Assembly (NCBI GenBank): GCA_051362555.1
Contig: CM120649.1
Span: forward strand, 14,260,001 to 14,324,000
DNA: 64,000 nt
Direction of reading: 5' to 3'
Origin: Lingula anatina
Lineage: Eukaryota > Animalia > Brachiopoda
In this document: in pieces, positions 48,201 through 61,600 of the stretch
Numbering within the stretch: the first letter of the stretch is position 1
How the letters are laid out: each line of letters starts with the position of its first letter
The notes under the pieces: model-generated
The model's input: the letters and a program-made list of their open reading frames with translations, nothing else
Databases searched by the model: none
What the model was told of the DNA's origin: nothing
Program-made: the position numbers and the translations under genes

Positions 48201-50873
48201 AACTCAGAGCAATAAAAGTAGGCAGATATTGGGTACTTATAATGCCTGGTCTACTTATAATTTGACTAATGAGTATAAAACTGCTATACCATGGAATTGT
48301 ATTGTTGGTCTTGGACATGTACAGCAAATGTTATTCCTGTCTTCCTCCAATATGGCAAGATGCAGGTAATTATCTAACGGTTATAGGTGCAAGTTATTAA
48401 CCTGAAGAGGCGGAATATAAGCAATGTCAGTATATCGATACAATTGAATTGTTTAGTCAGAACTGTGCAGAGGGTCTGGTCTCGGTATCGAAACACTTGA
48501 TCAAGAGACAAATTGTCTCTGATGGGTCGTCCAAGAAAAACTACTGGCCGTGAAGACCGTCGACTGATTTTGATGTCCAGGTTGTCAAAGTTCGACACTG
48601 CTTGTCAGTTGACAACACAGTGGAAAATTTTCACACATAAGAATGTGTCTGTGAAAATTGCTAGGCGTCGGTTACATGCTCATAGAGTGTACAACAGGGT
48701 AGCAAGACTGAAACCTCTTATATCGTTACAAAACAGGCAACGTGGAGTTAACTAGGGTCAACAGGATCTGGAACTGGACAGTCCATGACAATTGGTCCTA
48801 TATATTTTTTTCTGATGATTGTCGCTTTGGTCTGACCTCTGATGACAGTCGGGTACAATGCTGGCGAACTGCTGGTAAAGCATTTAAACCACATGCACTT
48901 AATGTTCGAACCCGGAGCAGCATATTCATCATGGTGTGGGGCTGCATCAGCATCCATGGCGTGGGCGAATTGATAGTGGTTGATGAAAACATGAATCACT
49001 AGAAATATATCGATGTTTTGGAGTCAGGCTTGCTACCATCTATTACTAACATGTTTGGTGACAGGAATTATCCATTTGTTCACCAGGATGACAATGTTCC
49101 TTGTCACAGGACCAGAGCAGTTGATGATTGGTTTGACCAACAGGACATTCGCAGGGTTATGTAGCTTGCCCAGAGTCCGGATGCAAACATAATAGAAAAT
49201 GTGTGGAATTATATGTCAAAACTTTTTACAAATGCCCGTCTAACAAGCAGAGAAACTCTGTTATATTCAGTGTTTCATGCTTGGACCAGCATAAGCCCTG
49301 AACGCATCAGACAATTATACGAATCCTTGCTTCGTAGACTGGCACCTATTATTAGGTCACGTGGCTATGCCACTAAATACTAATTTTGGACTTGAAATTG
49401 CATATTTTGGTAGAATGTATATTTTGTTCTCATTTTGTGATTTTTTTGTGAAATTTGATGTTAATAAAATGATACCAGGAGCATAACATTCCACAGTCAT
49501 TTATCTCCCCCATAGTACATGACACTTCTTTTGTCCAGTGTGTGTAGGAGGAAATTTATATTACACAGAGTGTCCCTTAAGTAAGTATCTACAAAGTCTT
49601 ATAGGTCCCATAGAGTCCTTTTGCATTCCGGGAAATCGTAAGGGATTGGATTTCAGAAAATAGAATGATTATTCTTTTAAACTGTTTTATGGAAGAATAT
49701 TATGTAGTTATCATAGACACTTATAACTGTCAATATTAACTTTCAGGATGACGGCAAGTTCATCTTGTCAGTGTTGGCAGGCTGCCAAAATATCCCAACT
49801 CAGTCCATGGTCAAATTTCTACAAAAGAGTGACGAGCTTTTGGAGGTAATGCGCATGGCCATGACCATGGGAGACGAGAATATTCTCAAGAAAGCCTACG
49901 AAGTTGTCCGCGAGGGGGCCAAGACAGCCCAGGGCCTATACCATGTACTGACTGGCGCTGCCCTCGGAGTCGGGGCTGGTTTTGTTGCGGCGGGTCTGAC
50001 GGGAGCGTTTCACGGTGCCGTTGGTGGCCCGGTTGGAATGCTCATTGGGGGGACGCTGGGCGTTGCTGCTGGTGCATTCTACCATCTAGGAACGAGTGGG
50101 CTCTTTGGGTTTAGCGTTGGATCACTAGCCGGGTCATCCGCGTACGTAATATGATTATCCTTATAATTGTTCTTGTAAACCAATATAAACAACATTCTAA
50201 ATACTAAACTATAGATCTTTATATGTGGATGGAGTGAGAATATATTTTCATCAATCATTTCTTTAAAGGCACCTCGATATATATGCGAGTGGAATTTTAA
50301 CAAATATTAGTTTGCATTAGCACTCAGAATGTTAACAGAAAAAACCAACGGATATTTCTAAGTTGCAAAACTGTGTAATATACATTTTCTTAAGTTTCCG
50401 TCCTCCTTAAAATGAAAATAGTACTGAAAATATTATTCTTGAAAAATATTTTATTGGTCATTTCCAGGAAACAATTCTTTTTAATTTATGGTCCTGGTAA
50501 ATCTGGGATATTAAAGACAGATAACAATGTGTGGTTCATTTAACAGCACTAGGAATATTGAAAACGGTATTATACTGACTTTCTTTTCAGACGCTCCGAT
50601 TTCACTCAAATCTTCTGCAGAACGCAAGACAGCGGGTTCGACACGAAAAAATTCATGGAGCGTCGCACGAATCTTGCCAAACAAATTCAAAAACGACAGC
50701 ACGAAAAACTAAAGAAAGAGTTCAAAATGATGCACCAAATGGCAAAAGACGGTGCCGTGGAGGAAGGCAAGGAGGAGTGCGAGACTGAACGAGAATCTCG
50801 AGAGGAAAACGAAACACAACCGGACACAGAAGAGAAGCCATTTTTGCAGAAATGGATGAAGTCATTTGATTAG
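41952..50873 (+). CDS. 806-aa death-fold protein: acidic/disordered N-terminus, CARD, TRADD-N-like domain, coiled coil, MAVS/RIG-I-type CARD, glycine-zipper hydrophobic segment, charged tail
   Basis: Exons 41952-42018, 43096-43526, 44028-44187, 44441-44652, 45281-45449, 45845-45937, 46275-46512, 46973-47100, 47413-47531, 47897-48022, 49747-50141, 50591-50873 total 2421 nt, all GT-AG, in phase and without stops. CARD1 FQEILDQNRDRCLLEMQPDSVLEELFQKGDITAEEYEEI...RSAKLIGFL...FHSFCTSL. CARD2 ...VLTSADKEHV...GRSHAVTALMETLILRPCWYKEFLHTL. Confidence 0.85.
42234..42287. repeat. (ATT)n microsatellite
   Basis: Directly visible. Confidence 0.95.
46773..46871. repeat. ~48-bp direct tandem duplication in an intron
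   Basis: actataggccctactattattacaataattattatacccgtcaatg occurs twice. Confidence 0.9.
48170..49544 (+). mobile_element. Tc1-family DNA transposon, defective copy 2, in intron 10 of the CARD gene
   Basis: Same TIRs and TA TSD as 16266-17649; colinear transposase remnants with extra stops; small deletion inside the right TIR. Confidence 0.97.
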
Positions 50874-52095
50874 ATGTTGTTGTGAAATATAAACAAACAC
50901 AGTTCATTTATATAATTGCTTTGGTCCACCACTGATATTTTATTTCGGCTAAAAGCATTTTTGCGGGATTACAACATACTTTGCCTCGTTTAAAATGTTT
51001 AATAATATGAAGGTCTTGAGCGATGAAACGCTTTATACGGTTTATATTTTGTTTTGTTCTTTTAAACAGTTCTTCGTTTTTATGGTTTATCTTTTCTGTT
51101 ATATTTTCGTATTTTAAATTATTTCATTAATTGCCTTTTAAAGAATTTTTATTATATATTTGGATACAAGAAACTTGAGCAACTGAATGAATTTATATTG
51201 CGTTGCACACATTCCAAAACGTGAACGACTGTACATGTGCAATGTATTGTGGTGAAGGATTTAAGAGAATAACGCATATTATTATGTCAGAAAAATAAGA
51301 GGGAAAAAGGATTTAATGTATTATCCAAGAATATTGCCTTTTATTTTGTAACACACATACTAAATGTACGTGTATGTACCAGGAGTTAGGTTAGACAACT
51401 GCTTCACAGATTAAACCATATGTTGGAGATTATCTGTTATTGTAATATAAATTAAGTTAAGTATGGGTTTTGAAGTGCAACAATTTGTGATGTAAAAGAA
51501 CTGTGATGTAAAGGAACTAAGATTCTGACAAAGAAAATAGTACTGTAATTGTACAACTGTGAAGTCCAGATAGGCGAGATACTCGGTTATTAAAATCTTG
51601 AATATCATTTATTCCATTGACAAGACAATTTGATGTGACAACAGCCCACAGCTGCAAGATTCACCATCTTCTTCGGGAGCTGTACACGCCACGTGAAACA
51701 CTAATCAACAGAGAAGAGGCATATGTGAGTTCAGCCTCGACAGCAGAACACTTTGCGCGTTTCAAACCATATAGTGCTTTCAAAGCGAGGCTGTCAAGCT
51801 GGGTCAAGCTGTCAAGCTTTGAACAACGTTTTTCAGCTGTTGGTCCCGCTTTTCAGATCAGATTCTGTTCATATACAAACTGTATATATTTTACCCATGT
51901 GCTTGTTAAATGTTCATGTGCTTAATAAAATATATCCATCAGTTGCAAAACATCATTTTTCATAATATCAAACTGACATTCATGTTTCCTTTAATACAAT
52001 GTACTTCGTAGATGGCTGGCCGAATCCCTGCAACTGCACAAACCCGAGTAGTATTTCGATAAGTCTGCACGATTTTGAATAATTTCGTTAAAACT

Positions 52096-55000
52096 TCATG
52101 TATTCCTTTGCTTCATTAGTTCTATACTTTGCAAGTCCCTCCACTTTTTGATAAATATTACAGAAGCTGCTGCAAGGACAAACACACCGAAGCATGGTGC
52201 AATAGTTAGAAAAACTGCGGAGTAACTCCCTGTGACGTCACGGATATAACCTGAAGAAGTAATAGAACGACTGTAAAAGGTACAACAGCGGACTATAACA
52301 GCACAAGTATGTTAAATATTGCTAATCTCCCTTATATTTGAAATACTGTAAGGTGCATGTGTGTGTAGTTGTTGAAATACTGTACCCCTGTACTATAGAG
52401 GCGCAAGGAAGAATACGTTGTACAGACCGATGTGACACGAATGGAACATGAAATGTAGTCGTAGGAATGGAAGCCAGGGATCACATATGATAAGTTCAGG
52501 TTAGGCTAAGTTGGGGCATTAGGGTTAGTATATGGGACGAATTTCACCTGTAAAAAAGTAACGGGGAACGGGCTACGGCTCCTGGCTCCTAGCGGACTAC
52601 CATTCCTGTCACACCGGCTTCACTTTTTTAAAAGACCAAAAGAATTCATATACTGTATATATAAACTTAATAAATGTAGGCTAAAATCTACCTGCCAAAT
52701 ACGGTCCTGACGTAGCTCCAATGCCTTTACTGAAACGCATTGTCAGGAATAAAGAGCGAACGTTTTCTCCTTCCATGATCTCGTTGGTGACAGCAAAGTA
52801 ACCGGCGTGAAATGGACCAAAAGCTAGACCTGAGACTAGAATAATTTATGATTTCGATTAGATTATAGAATAAACGTTACAAAATTTTGTTTTTATATTC
52901 AAAAAAAGCTTTCATTTCTCGATTAAATTCTTTTCAAGATTATATCTGCTCAACTTTCAAATCTTATTCTAGCAAAACATAAGAACTGATCTACATACAT
53001 GGACAACCGCGTTTATTTGTTTCATTATAAATTTATAGTATGACTTTTAAAAAAATAGTTCTGTTAAAAATAAAAGAACACATACCGGTACTGTATATAA
53101 ACGCACCAGTTAATGATGTCGAATATGCGGCGATGATATTATTAATAGCAAGCAAAGCTGCTGCAACCAAGTTCGCCAACAGCAAATTCCCCTTCAGATA
53201 GTCTCCGACCCAGGAGAAAAACATCTGTCCAATCATGCCCATGATGCTAAGAACTGTTATCACGTATTCTGCTTCAAATTCTTTGTATCCGAGGTCGGTA
53301 ATGTGTTTTGGCTGAAAAGAAATATATTTGGTCAGTTTATTCTATTCGTCATTTTCCGTGTATTTATCTATTTACGTTCATTCATTTTCATTAATATTTC
53401 TTTATTTGGCTATTATGATATATTCCTGTTATTTGTTGTACTTTTAGTAGATTTGGCTGTAATGTAAAATCCAAAAACCGATACCTTGTGGGTGGTGTGC
53501 ATGGCGTATTTTGTCTAACCAAATTTTAAATAAAAATTATATATAGTCAGCAAAGAGTCACCAGTGCTACAATACTGTAGGTAGTTCTTCGTCTAAATTC
53601 TCCGGGGTATGATTAAAAGTTATTAAATTGTGCAAACAGAGCAATGGGTGGATTACAGCATTTGTTTAAAATATATATTAACATCTAATAGGAATTTTTA
53701 TAGAAACACAATTTGATTGACAACATTCAATAAAACATGTAGTTGAATTATGCTAACACAAAAACATTTACCTGTCATAACAATCGTACTTACTATTATA
53801 ACAAATGGTAGATGGAATGCGAATCCCTTACAACATATCGCCACGCCCCAGATCACATAAATGGCAATTTTAGAGCCTAGGGTCCAAGGTGGTTTTTGCA
53901 GAAAGTCTGACCTAGAAAAGGAATGATATTTATGTTTGAGACACGGTGTTCGACTGTATGTCACTCCATGGGGACTATAGACTTAACTTACCAGCATTTT
54001 GTGTGAAACATGCAAGCGTAGCTTTTGTGCTATTTACCTATATTTTAAAAAATACCGGTAGTTTGCCTGTTTAACCTTTTGATATTTATCACAATGGGCA
54101 AAATAATCATGGTTATGAAGATATGCAACTGGAATATGTACGAATTAATGATCAATTAAAGCTCTTTATTGAAGCGTAAAAAGGCCAAGCTTCATCTACT
54201 AAGTAAGATTATAGGTTAAAAAAACATAGTCTCCAGAGAAATTATTTGATTTTATTACATAATTGAAATTGGGCTTTTAATATATTCATGTATTTAGTAT
54301 TTACTTTTTGTCTGATTGGGATCCTCGCTGTTCATTTGTCGCCTCTGGCGGGTTTCCGTACAGGAGGAGAAGAAGCAGCCCCAAAGAAGAGAGAATAACT
54401 GTATATATTCGGAACGCCCAACGCCAACCCAGGGACGGATTTGAGCACATCTGGGCACTTAGGTTGTTCAAAATTGCTGAGCCTGGAATTTAAATCGATA
54501 ATGCAATTTTTCTTTGACTCCAGGCACAATCCTCATTGAACTAACCGCAAGTGATCTGACACAAGGATACGAAGGAATACTAAAATGTTTCCGGGGGGGG
54601 AGGTCTATTTTCCCTTTTCTGTGGCTGTAATGTATGGTAAGAATTCTGTGATCATTTGCATGTCACTCTACTAGGGAAAATCTTTTATTTTATTTCACGA
54701 ATAAAGCATTTCTTTAATGAAAGTCATGTTCTAAGGCCATTTTTTTTCATATATTTAAAACTTTTTGTTGGACATTTTGAGCTTTCGTAACATATATCTG
54801 TATCTATTATTATTTTTTTATTGTTATTATCTGGCCAGTTGTTTTATTCAGAGGGTTTGTTTACTTACCAATTGGCTGCAAGGTGTTCACGGCACTGGTT
54901 GTAAACACGTGGTACTTGTGTGACCATGGAAACCAGAGTGCCACCACTAGATACGTACAAATAAGAACCAACCCGCTGCCGCTGCCGGATAAAATTCCAA

Positions 55001-55826
55001 ATGATATGGCCACAGACACGGGCTCATTTGCAAGTGACGTCAGCAACAATCCCAGCGCCATCAAGATCAGTCCAACAGCTATGACCTGCTTGAGACCAAG
55101 TTGTCCAATCTTGGACATCGCAATATAGATGAAGTTGCTAAGAGAAAGTTTGAACGCATAGTAGACTGTTAACGGGGCACCTGTAAAACAAGTAAACAAA
55201 CATAGACTTACCACCAATGGAATTGTACTGTAGCATGATTCTAATGATCTACAGGTAGTACACAAACGCTTATTAGACCGAAACACAGGTTTACTACCCT
55301 TAAGCATCGGAGGTACTGTCTTAGCCCCACACCCCTCCCCGAAAAATTAAAAAGAACTGAAAACATATACACAAAACAAACTTCCCATACATATACCCAA
55401 AATACTGACCGTGAAATTATATCCTCGTCATCTGTTTAACTTTTTTAATACTTCCCCGACCCCCTCTCCATCTCACCTAACCCTTGACCCAACCCTGGGT
55501 TCGGCGGGTAATGAACCATGCGTTCAAAGCAAACTACCTCGGGTTAGTGTTTTCCTTCATGATAATAACATGATATAAATATTAATGCTTAAAGAATCGC
55601 CGAAATTTAGTCATATTCAAGCTCTACATTTATCAAAGGCAATGTCTTCTTTATGCATGGAAAAATATTTACCTAGTGCTGCAAGAGACGATGACGGGAA
55701 ATCTTCATCCTGCTGAAAGCACAAGATTGTTGTTCCCCACGAAGTAACGACCCCGGCCCAGAGCACGAATACTAGAATAGCAATCCCAAGCACGACCCAA
55801 CCCCTGTAGATAGGGGGAGATATCAT
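52096..55826 (-). CDS. SLC16/monocarboxylate transporter family MFS protein, paralog A (426 aa)
   Basis: Exons 55826-55673, 55180-54869, 54482-54305, 53911-53794, 53311-53086, 52829-52692, 52250-52096 total 1281 nt. Motifs: PP..RGWVV, SFGILSGSGSG, LGWRWAFRI, GPYLAGYIRDVTGSY. Confidence 0.88.
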
Positions 55827-58683
55827 TGCTGTTCAGGGTGATGGTCCCAACTAGGCCATCAGCGCAATCAAACTGTGATAAAAAATGGGATTGTATTTTT
55901 AAATATGTTTTGGGATGTTGATCTTTAAAAAAATGGTGGTAGTTAATCAATATCATATAAAATCAATTAAGGCAAGACGTAATTTTCAATAAGATAATAC
56001 ATTTTGCTACAACTGCCTTATTCCATTCTCTTCCATTAAAAAATATCGGTGCGTCTTCTGTGTTTATAATTATGATAATCAAATCATTTAAAGCAAAAAC
56101 AAGAAATACATGTACCTCATAATTATCAAATAAACTTTTCTTACCTTTTACTAGTAATAACTATCTTAATATCACCAGTTTTTACCTTACAGGTCTCACA
56201 AGATGGGTCTCAGAGAACCGCCTGCCCGGCTGAGATGCCTAAATCTCTTGAAGTTGTGTGAATTAGAGGTGCGTTTATTGCAGGGGTGATATCAGATATG
56301 TGTAAAGGCCATTCCACCGGTTCTTGATGATCCAGTCTATTCTTAGTCAAATCTTTAACTGGCACGCAATGTGACCTCTAACCACTCTGACAGACATTTA
56401 ATGCATATCTTATTACCATCAGAATTACAACATCAGCGGGAGGCAATGGAGAATCAGATCTGTGGGTGACAAAGTGCCCCATTAGGTGACCCTTTACAAC
56501 AAAATAAGACTGATATTTCCAAGTTATAAACAGACACATGGATAATAGGCAAAAACCACAAAATCGCAATTTTTTTCACAAAACCTGTTGCGGATACCAC
56601 GCCAAGCAAACATAAATAACGTCGGGGAGTGGTCCCACGTATAATTCACGCACGAATGTTGAAGTAATGAAACTAATAATACAAAATAACAAAATAATGA
56701 CATATAAACACCATTACTGATAATATAAAATGCACATATATATTGTAAAGTAAATAAAGATATAACGCAAAATAGACAAATATAAAAATATCGAATGACT
56801 TATATGAAACAGGAGGTGATGTCATACATATTTATGGATTTGACTAGACATCACTAATCAAAATCTTACAAATAAAAGGTTCACAAATACATAGAAAGAA
56901 ATGTGGCATTCCCCACCCGTGGCGATCAATAGATGTTGACGCAGTAACTACAATAAAACCCCGTTACATGGCGACCTGAGCACTAAAATTAGCAGTTTAA
57001 ACGTAAAGATGGTGACAAAAATACATACTACAAAAAATACCTGAAACATTTACCTTAAACATGCTACTAAAATGCACTCTATAACATTTTATTTAGGACA
57101 ACAATATTTCTGACAAAACTCATTTATAAATTCCTGCTTCTTTGCTCGTCGGTTTCAAACAACATGAACTACTTGTTGAGCGTATATATATACTGAACAA
57201 AGTATTTGTAGATGGTAAGTTGTAAGGGAGTTGTCACACCTATCACAACCTCATTCCCTGACTGCAAGCAGGCGAAATACTGGCTGGTAAGACCAGACAG
57301 ATATAAGTAGCTATAGGCAAAATAATCTTCACAACTTGTTTTCGGCATCTGGATGATAATAAAGGGTTACAATACCCTTAATGCAGTTTTAACGATTATG
57401 TCGTGCACCACTAAAACAGAATTCGAAGGAAAGTTGACGGTGTCGCTATTCTGACACGATCTGATATTATTAAGGGTGTGAAATAAATTAAAATACAAGG
57501 GTTTAAATCTTTTCAACCCCTTGCAGTCTGTTGATATGAATGTAACTACTAAGGAAAAAATGCTGCATTTGATTAACAGAATATTATCCACCCTCCCCCC
57601 CAAGAAGCTTAAGTATGCAAACTTCAATTCTCTTAAACTATTGGAAAGCGCATCTTTTCTCGCCTGGCAGCCCCATAATATCTGATGGCTTTTCTATCCA
57701 CACGGAGAACCGGGCAGCTTGATGCGGTGCCTACAGGAGCCGATAGAATCACAGGGACCGACTCACGCGGTGATCACCGCTTAAATACACAGGTACATGC
57801 AGAAGCCATTCTTTCAGTAGGCCATATCTTTGATTTACATGTGTAGGTCTTATCCGCATTGATATACAGGGAAGACCACGCCTCCCCTCAGTTGATGATG
57901 CTGTCCACTTTGTGGCTGATCTCGTTTGACCACCAACTTCCAAAATTGAGAGAAAGTGGGCTGTAGTAGTACTTGTGTCACACTGTTTTTTCTGGTCTAT
58001 TATCATTATTTTCAGTATTGATTTTGATGTAGTCCACATCCAGCTTTCGTGCTTTTTACTATTTAAACCAGTTTATCTTGATTATGTTGCTATACTTCTA
58101 GCATTCATTATGTTATCTTGTGAAATTGATGTTATTTTCTTTCATTTATTTTTTTTTTTCATTTTTATGTTATATATAAAGGACCTCCGATTTATACACT
58201 GTAAAATTGTACTAAAAATTGAAGTCTTGGTTATAAATTCGTTTCATCGTCCCTGGTGGCACCAACAGTCATTTTAGCAGAATCTCCCCCAGACCTGAAA
58301 CGCACCTGACCTGAAACACAAGCCATGCAGAGATGGATGGCCCACAACCTCGGCAGCAGAACACTCCACTGCTTTTAAAGTATACCGTGCTTTCAAAGCG
58401 TGGCTATCAGGCTGGGACGGTGTTTTGTTTCTTCGTTGTCAGCTGCTGGCTTTCAGATGTTCACTTTTGGCTGCGGTGTAGCTGCGTGTGCTTAGTGTCT
58501 GTCGATGTATAATTGTATCCACGTGCATGTTTCTTTCTACTTAATATTTTTTCTTCATTTAATTACAACACACTTTTTTCATAATAACATATTAACATTC
58601 ATTTTCAATGCTTCGTGGCTTCCTATTCATTTCTGCCTCGGCTGCATAGAGTAGGGAGAGGTTAAATCTGGTTTTGAGGTATT

Positions 58684-61600
58684 TTACTCAAACGTGATTT
58701 TGTTCTTCATTAATTCTACACTTCTTAAGTCCCTCCACTTGTTGATAAACGTAACCGTTGTCGTTGCTAGGACAAACACACCGAAACATGACGCAATGGA
58801 CAGGAACACTGCATAGTAACTTCCTGTGACGTCACGGATATATCCTGAAAGAGTAATAAAATTATTGTAAAAACAACTAAAAAGATCGGTGAACTACAGG
58901 TATTATAAGTACGTGATTCTGCCATATCTCTTTCTCTTTCTGTAGACTGCAGGTGCCATAGGCATACGGTATTACGAAAAATCGATATACACTGTAGCTT
59001 TCATGCACATGTAAAGCATGAGGAAATTTCGGTGTAAGAAAAGATGTGCATGGTTTGATACACACTATTGCTGGAAGTTACATTCGAAATATGCATCAAA
59101 TAAGTCTACATCTTTCATCACATATAGTCGACTTTCGTATAGGTTATATGGTAAACGGAGCCTTAACTTAGCAACAAGGGCATCAGTTGAAGGACCCGAT
59201 GTAGACGGCAGCAAGAAATCGAGAGCAAAGAGAATTAAAAATATGCAAAGATATTCTTAATGACGGGATTAATTTACCTGCCAAATACGGGCCTGTGGTG
59301 GCTCCAACGCCTGTGCTGAACCGCATAGTCAGGAATAAAGTGTCAACATTCTCTCCATCCATTATTTCATTGATGACAGCATAGTAGCCAGCATTATATG
59401 GACCAAAGGTAAGACCTGAAACTAGAATATGGTTTCACATTTAAGTTGCCAGTAGATGATAAATTATTGACTACCCTTTTTGGTTCACCTTTCCAATGGG
59501 TTTTCGATAGAAATACGCTATGGGGATAATATTAATTTGCCAATTTGATTCCTACTGTACGTACATTATATATCGGGGTTTTGTCCTCGATTTTAAATCT
59601 AATTAAAATCATGCGTTTATCCTTTCAAGGTTTTTAATTTAATTTATAATAGAGTGGTGTTCAATTGATTGTTTAATAGCATACTTTACAAATGTATTAT
59701 TTTGAAGGTTGGTTTAAATATAAAAGAACGCTTACCAGCACTGTACACGAACGCCCCAGTCAAAGATGTCGAATATGCAGCGATGATATTATTTAGTGTA
59801 AGCAAAGCAGCTGCAACCATGCTCACGACGAGTAGCTTCCCTTTCAGATAGTCCCCGACAAAAGAGGAAAACATCTGCCCAATCATGCCCATGATTCCTA
59901 GAACTGTCATCACGTATGCTGCTTCGTAGTCATTGTAACCAAGGTCCGTCACGTGTTTTGGCTAAAAGAAAGGAGAATTAGGGCATTCATAACAACGGAC
60001 TAACAGATCCGCGGATCAAATATGGCCGACCCACTTGAATGCTTGTTGCGTAATCCCTGCAGGGAATCTATTCAGTGTCTAATTGGGAATCAAGCTACAA
60101 ATTTTTACGTGGGTTGCCATATTTGATCAGCGGTCCTGTTGGTCCGATTTTCTGAATGCGCTCCTTGAAGAAGCGATACATTGGTCTATCGATGTTGCAA
60201 AATCTATTACTGTGAAATTTCCCCAGCAGTGACCATCATAAAAGTATCACAAATGCTACAGTGTTTGCCACGTTCACATGTATTTGTCTCTAACTAAATT
60301 ATCAAAATATACACATGTGCTCGTCTAAAACTTTTCTTCGAATGAGAAACTAACATATTATGAATGTAACCAGGCAGGCATCACTATGGTAACCATGATA
60401 CTTACCAATATAACAAAAGGTAAAAAGAAAGCGAACCCCTTACAACATATTGCAACGGCCCATAGTCCATGAAGGGCAATTGTAGATCGTCTGGACCACG
60501 GCGGTTTTACCATGAAGTCTAGCCTAATAGACATAATGACAATTAAATTAAATATATGTAACTTCCCTACCTCATTTTGGCAGTAACTTCCGTCAGCATG
60601 CGATATCTTTAATGTACAATCGTTTTAGCAAACGCAACATAAATTATTTTGTATGGATAGAGAAACAACTGGTTACATACTTTACCCAAACATGTAACGG
60701 ATTATTAATTTTTTAATGGGGAATCTCAGTAACGCACCCACCTATTTTACAATTTGATCTTTATCAAAATAGTTAAAATTAACGGTCGTTTTAGGTTGAT
60801 TTCAAAAATTGAGACAAGTAGGCGCCATTAAATTGTAAACCCGTTATCCTTCCTTACTGTATCATAAATACGGGGGAAATTGTCTTTCATTGTCTCTTTA
60901 CCGTATACCTACAAATGTATAGGTGCATGTGAACGCGTGCTTTCATGAAGACAAGTCAATCGAAACGTCATTCCTAATAATTAAGTAATGCTTTAGTTAT
61001 TTTCGCCCCCTTGAAACCATTTGATTTTTACTGTATAAAGCACTATGGAATTTTATCATCAACATAAACATATATACTTTTTGTCAGTTGGGTAGCCGCA
61101 TTGTCCATTTGAAACCTCCTCTGGCGGGTTTCCGTACACCAGGAGTAGAAGAAGTCCCAAAGAGGACAGAATAACTGCATAAATTCGGAACGCCCACCGC
61201 CAACCCAGTGAAGGAATTGAGCACATCTGGGCATTAACGTTATTCAAAATTGCCGTGCCTGAAATTTGAATTAATAAATTTTTGTTTGTTTGTTTGTTTG
61301 GCGACTGAGAGACTTTCTGCCGCAAGACCCATTAAACTAACAGTTCAAGGTGGAATTGACCTAAGGAACACTAAGTAAAACTAAAATGCTTCGAAGAGTG
61401 CATGTTTCTTCTTTCTCTATTATTATTATTATTATTATTATAGCCAGATTTAAACTTACCAAGAGGCATCATGTTGCTCAGCGCGCTGGTTGTTAGCACA
61501 TGAAACCTGTGTGACCATGGAAACCAGAGCGCAATCACTTTAAACATGGAAAGTAGAACCAACCCGTTACCAGTTCCTGATATAACTCCAAATGATATCA

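Noticed and set aside
57600-58040. Possible decayed LINE 3' end (CG...HQILWGC-like)
   Set aside because: Too many stops and no convincing RT motif; cannot be supported by eye.
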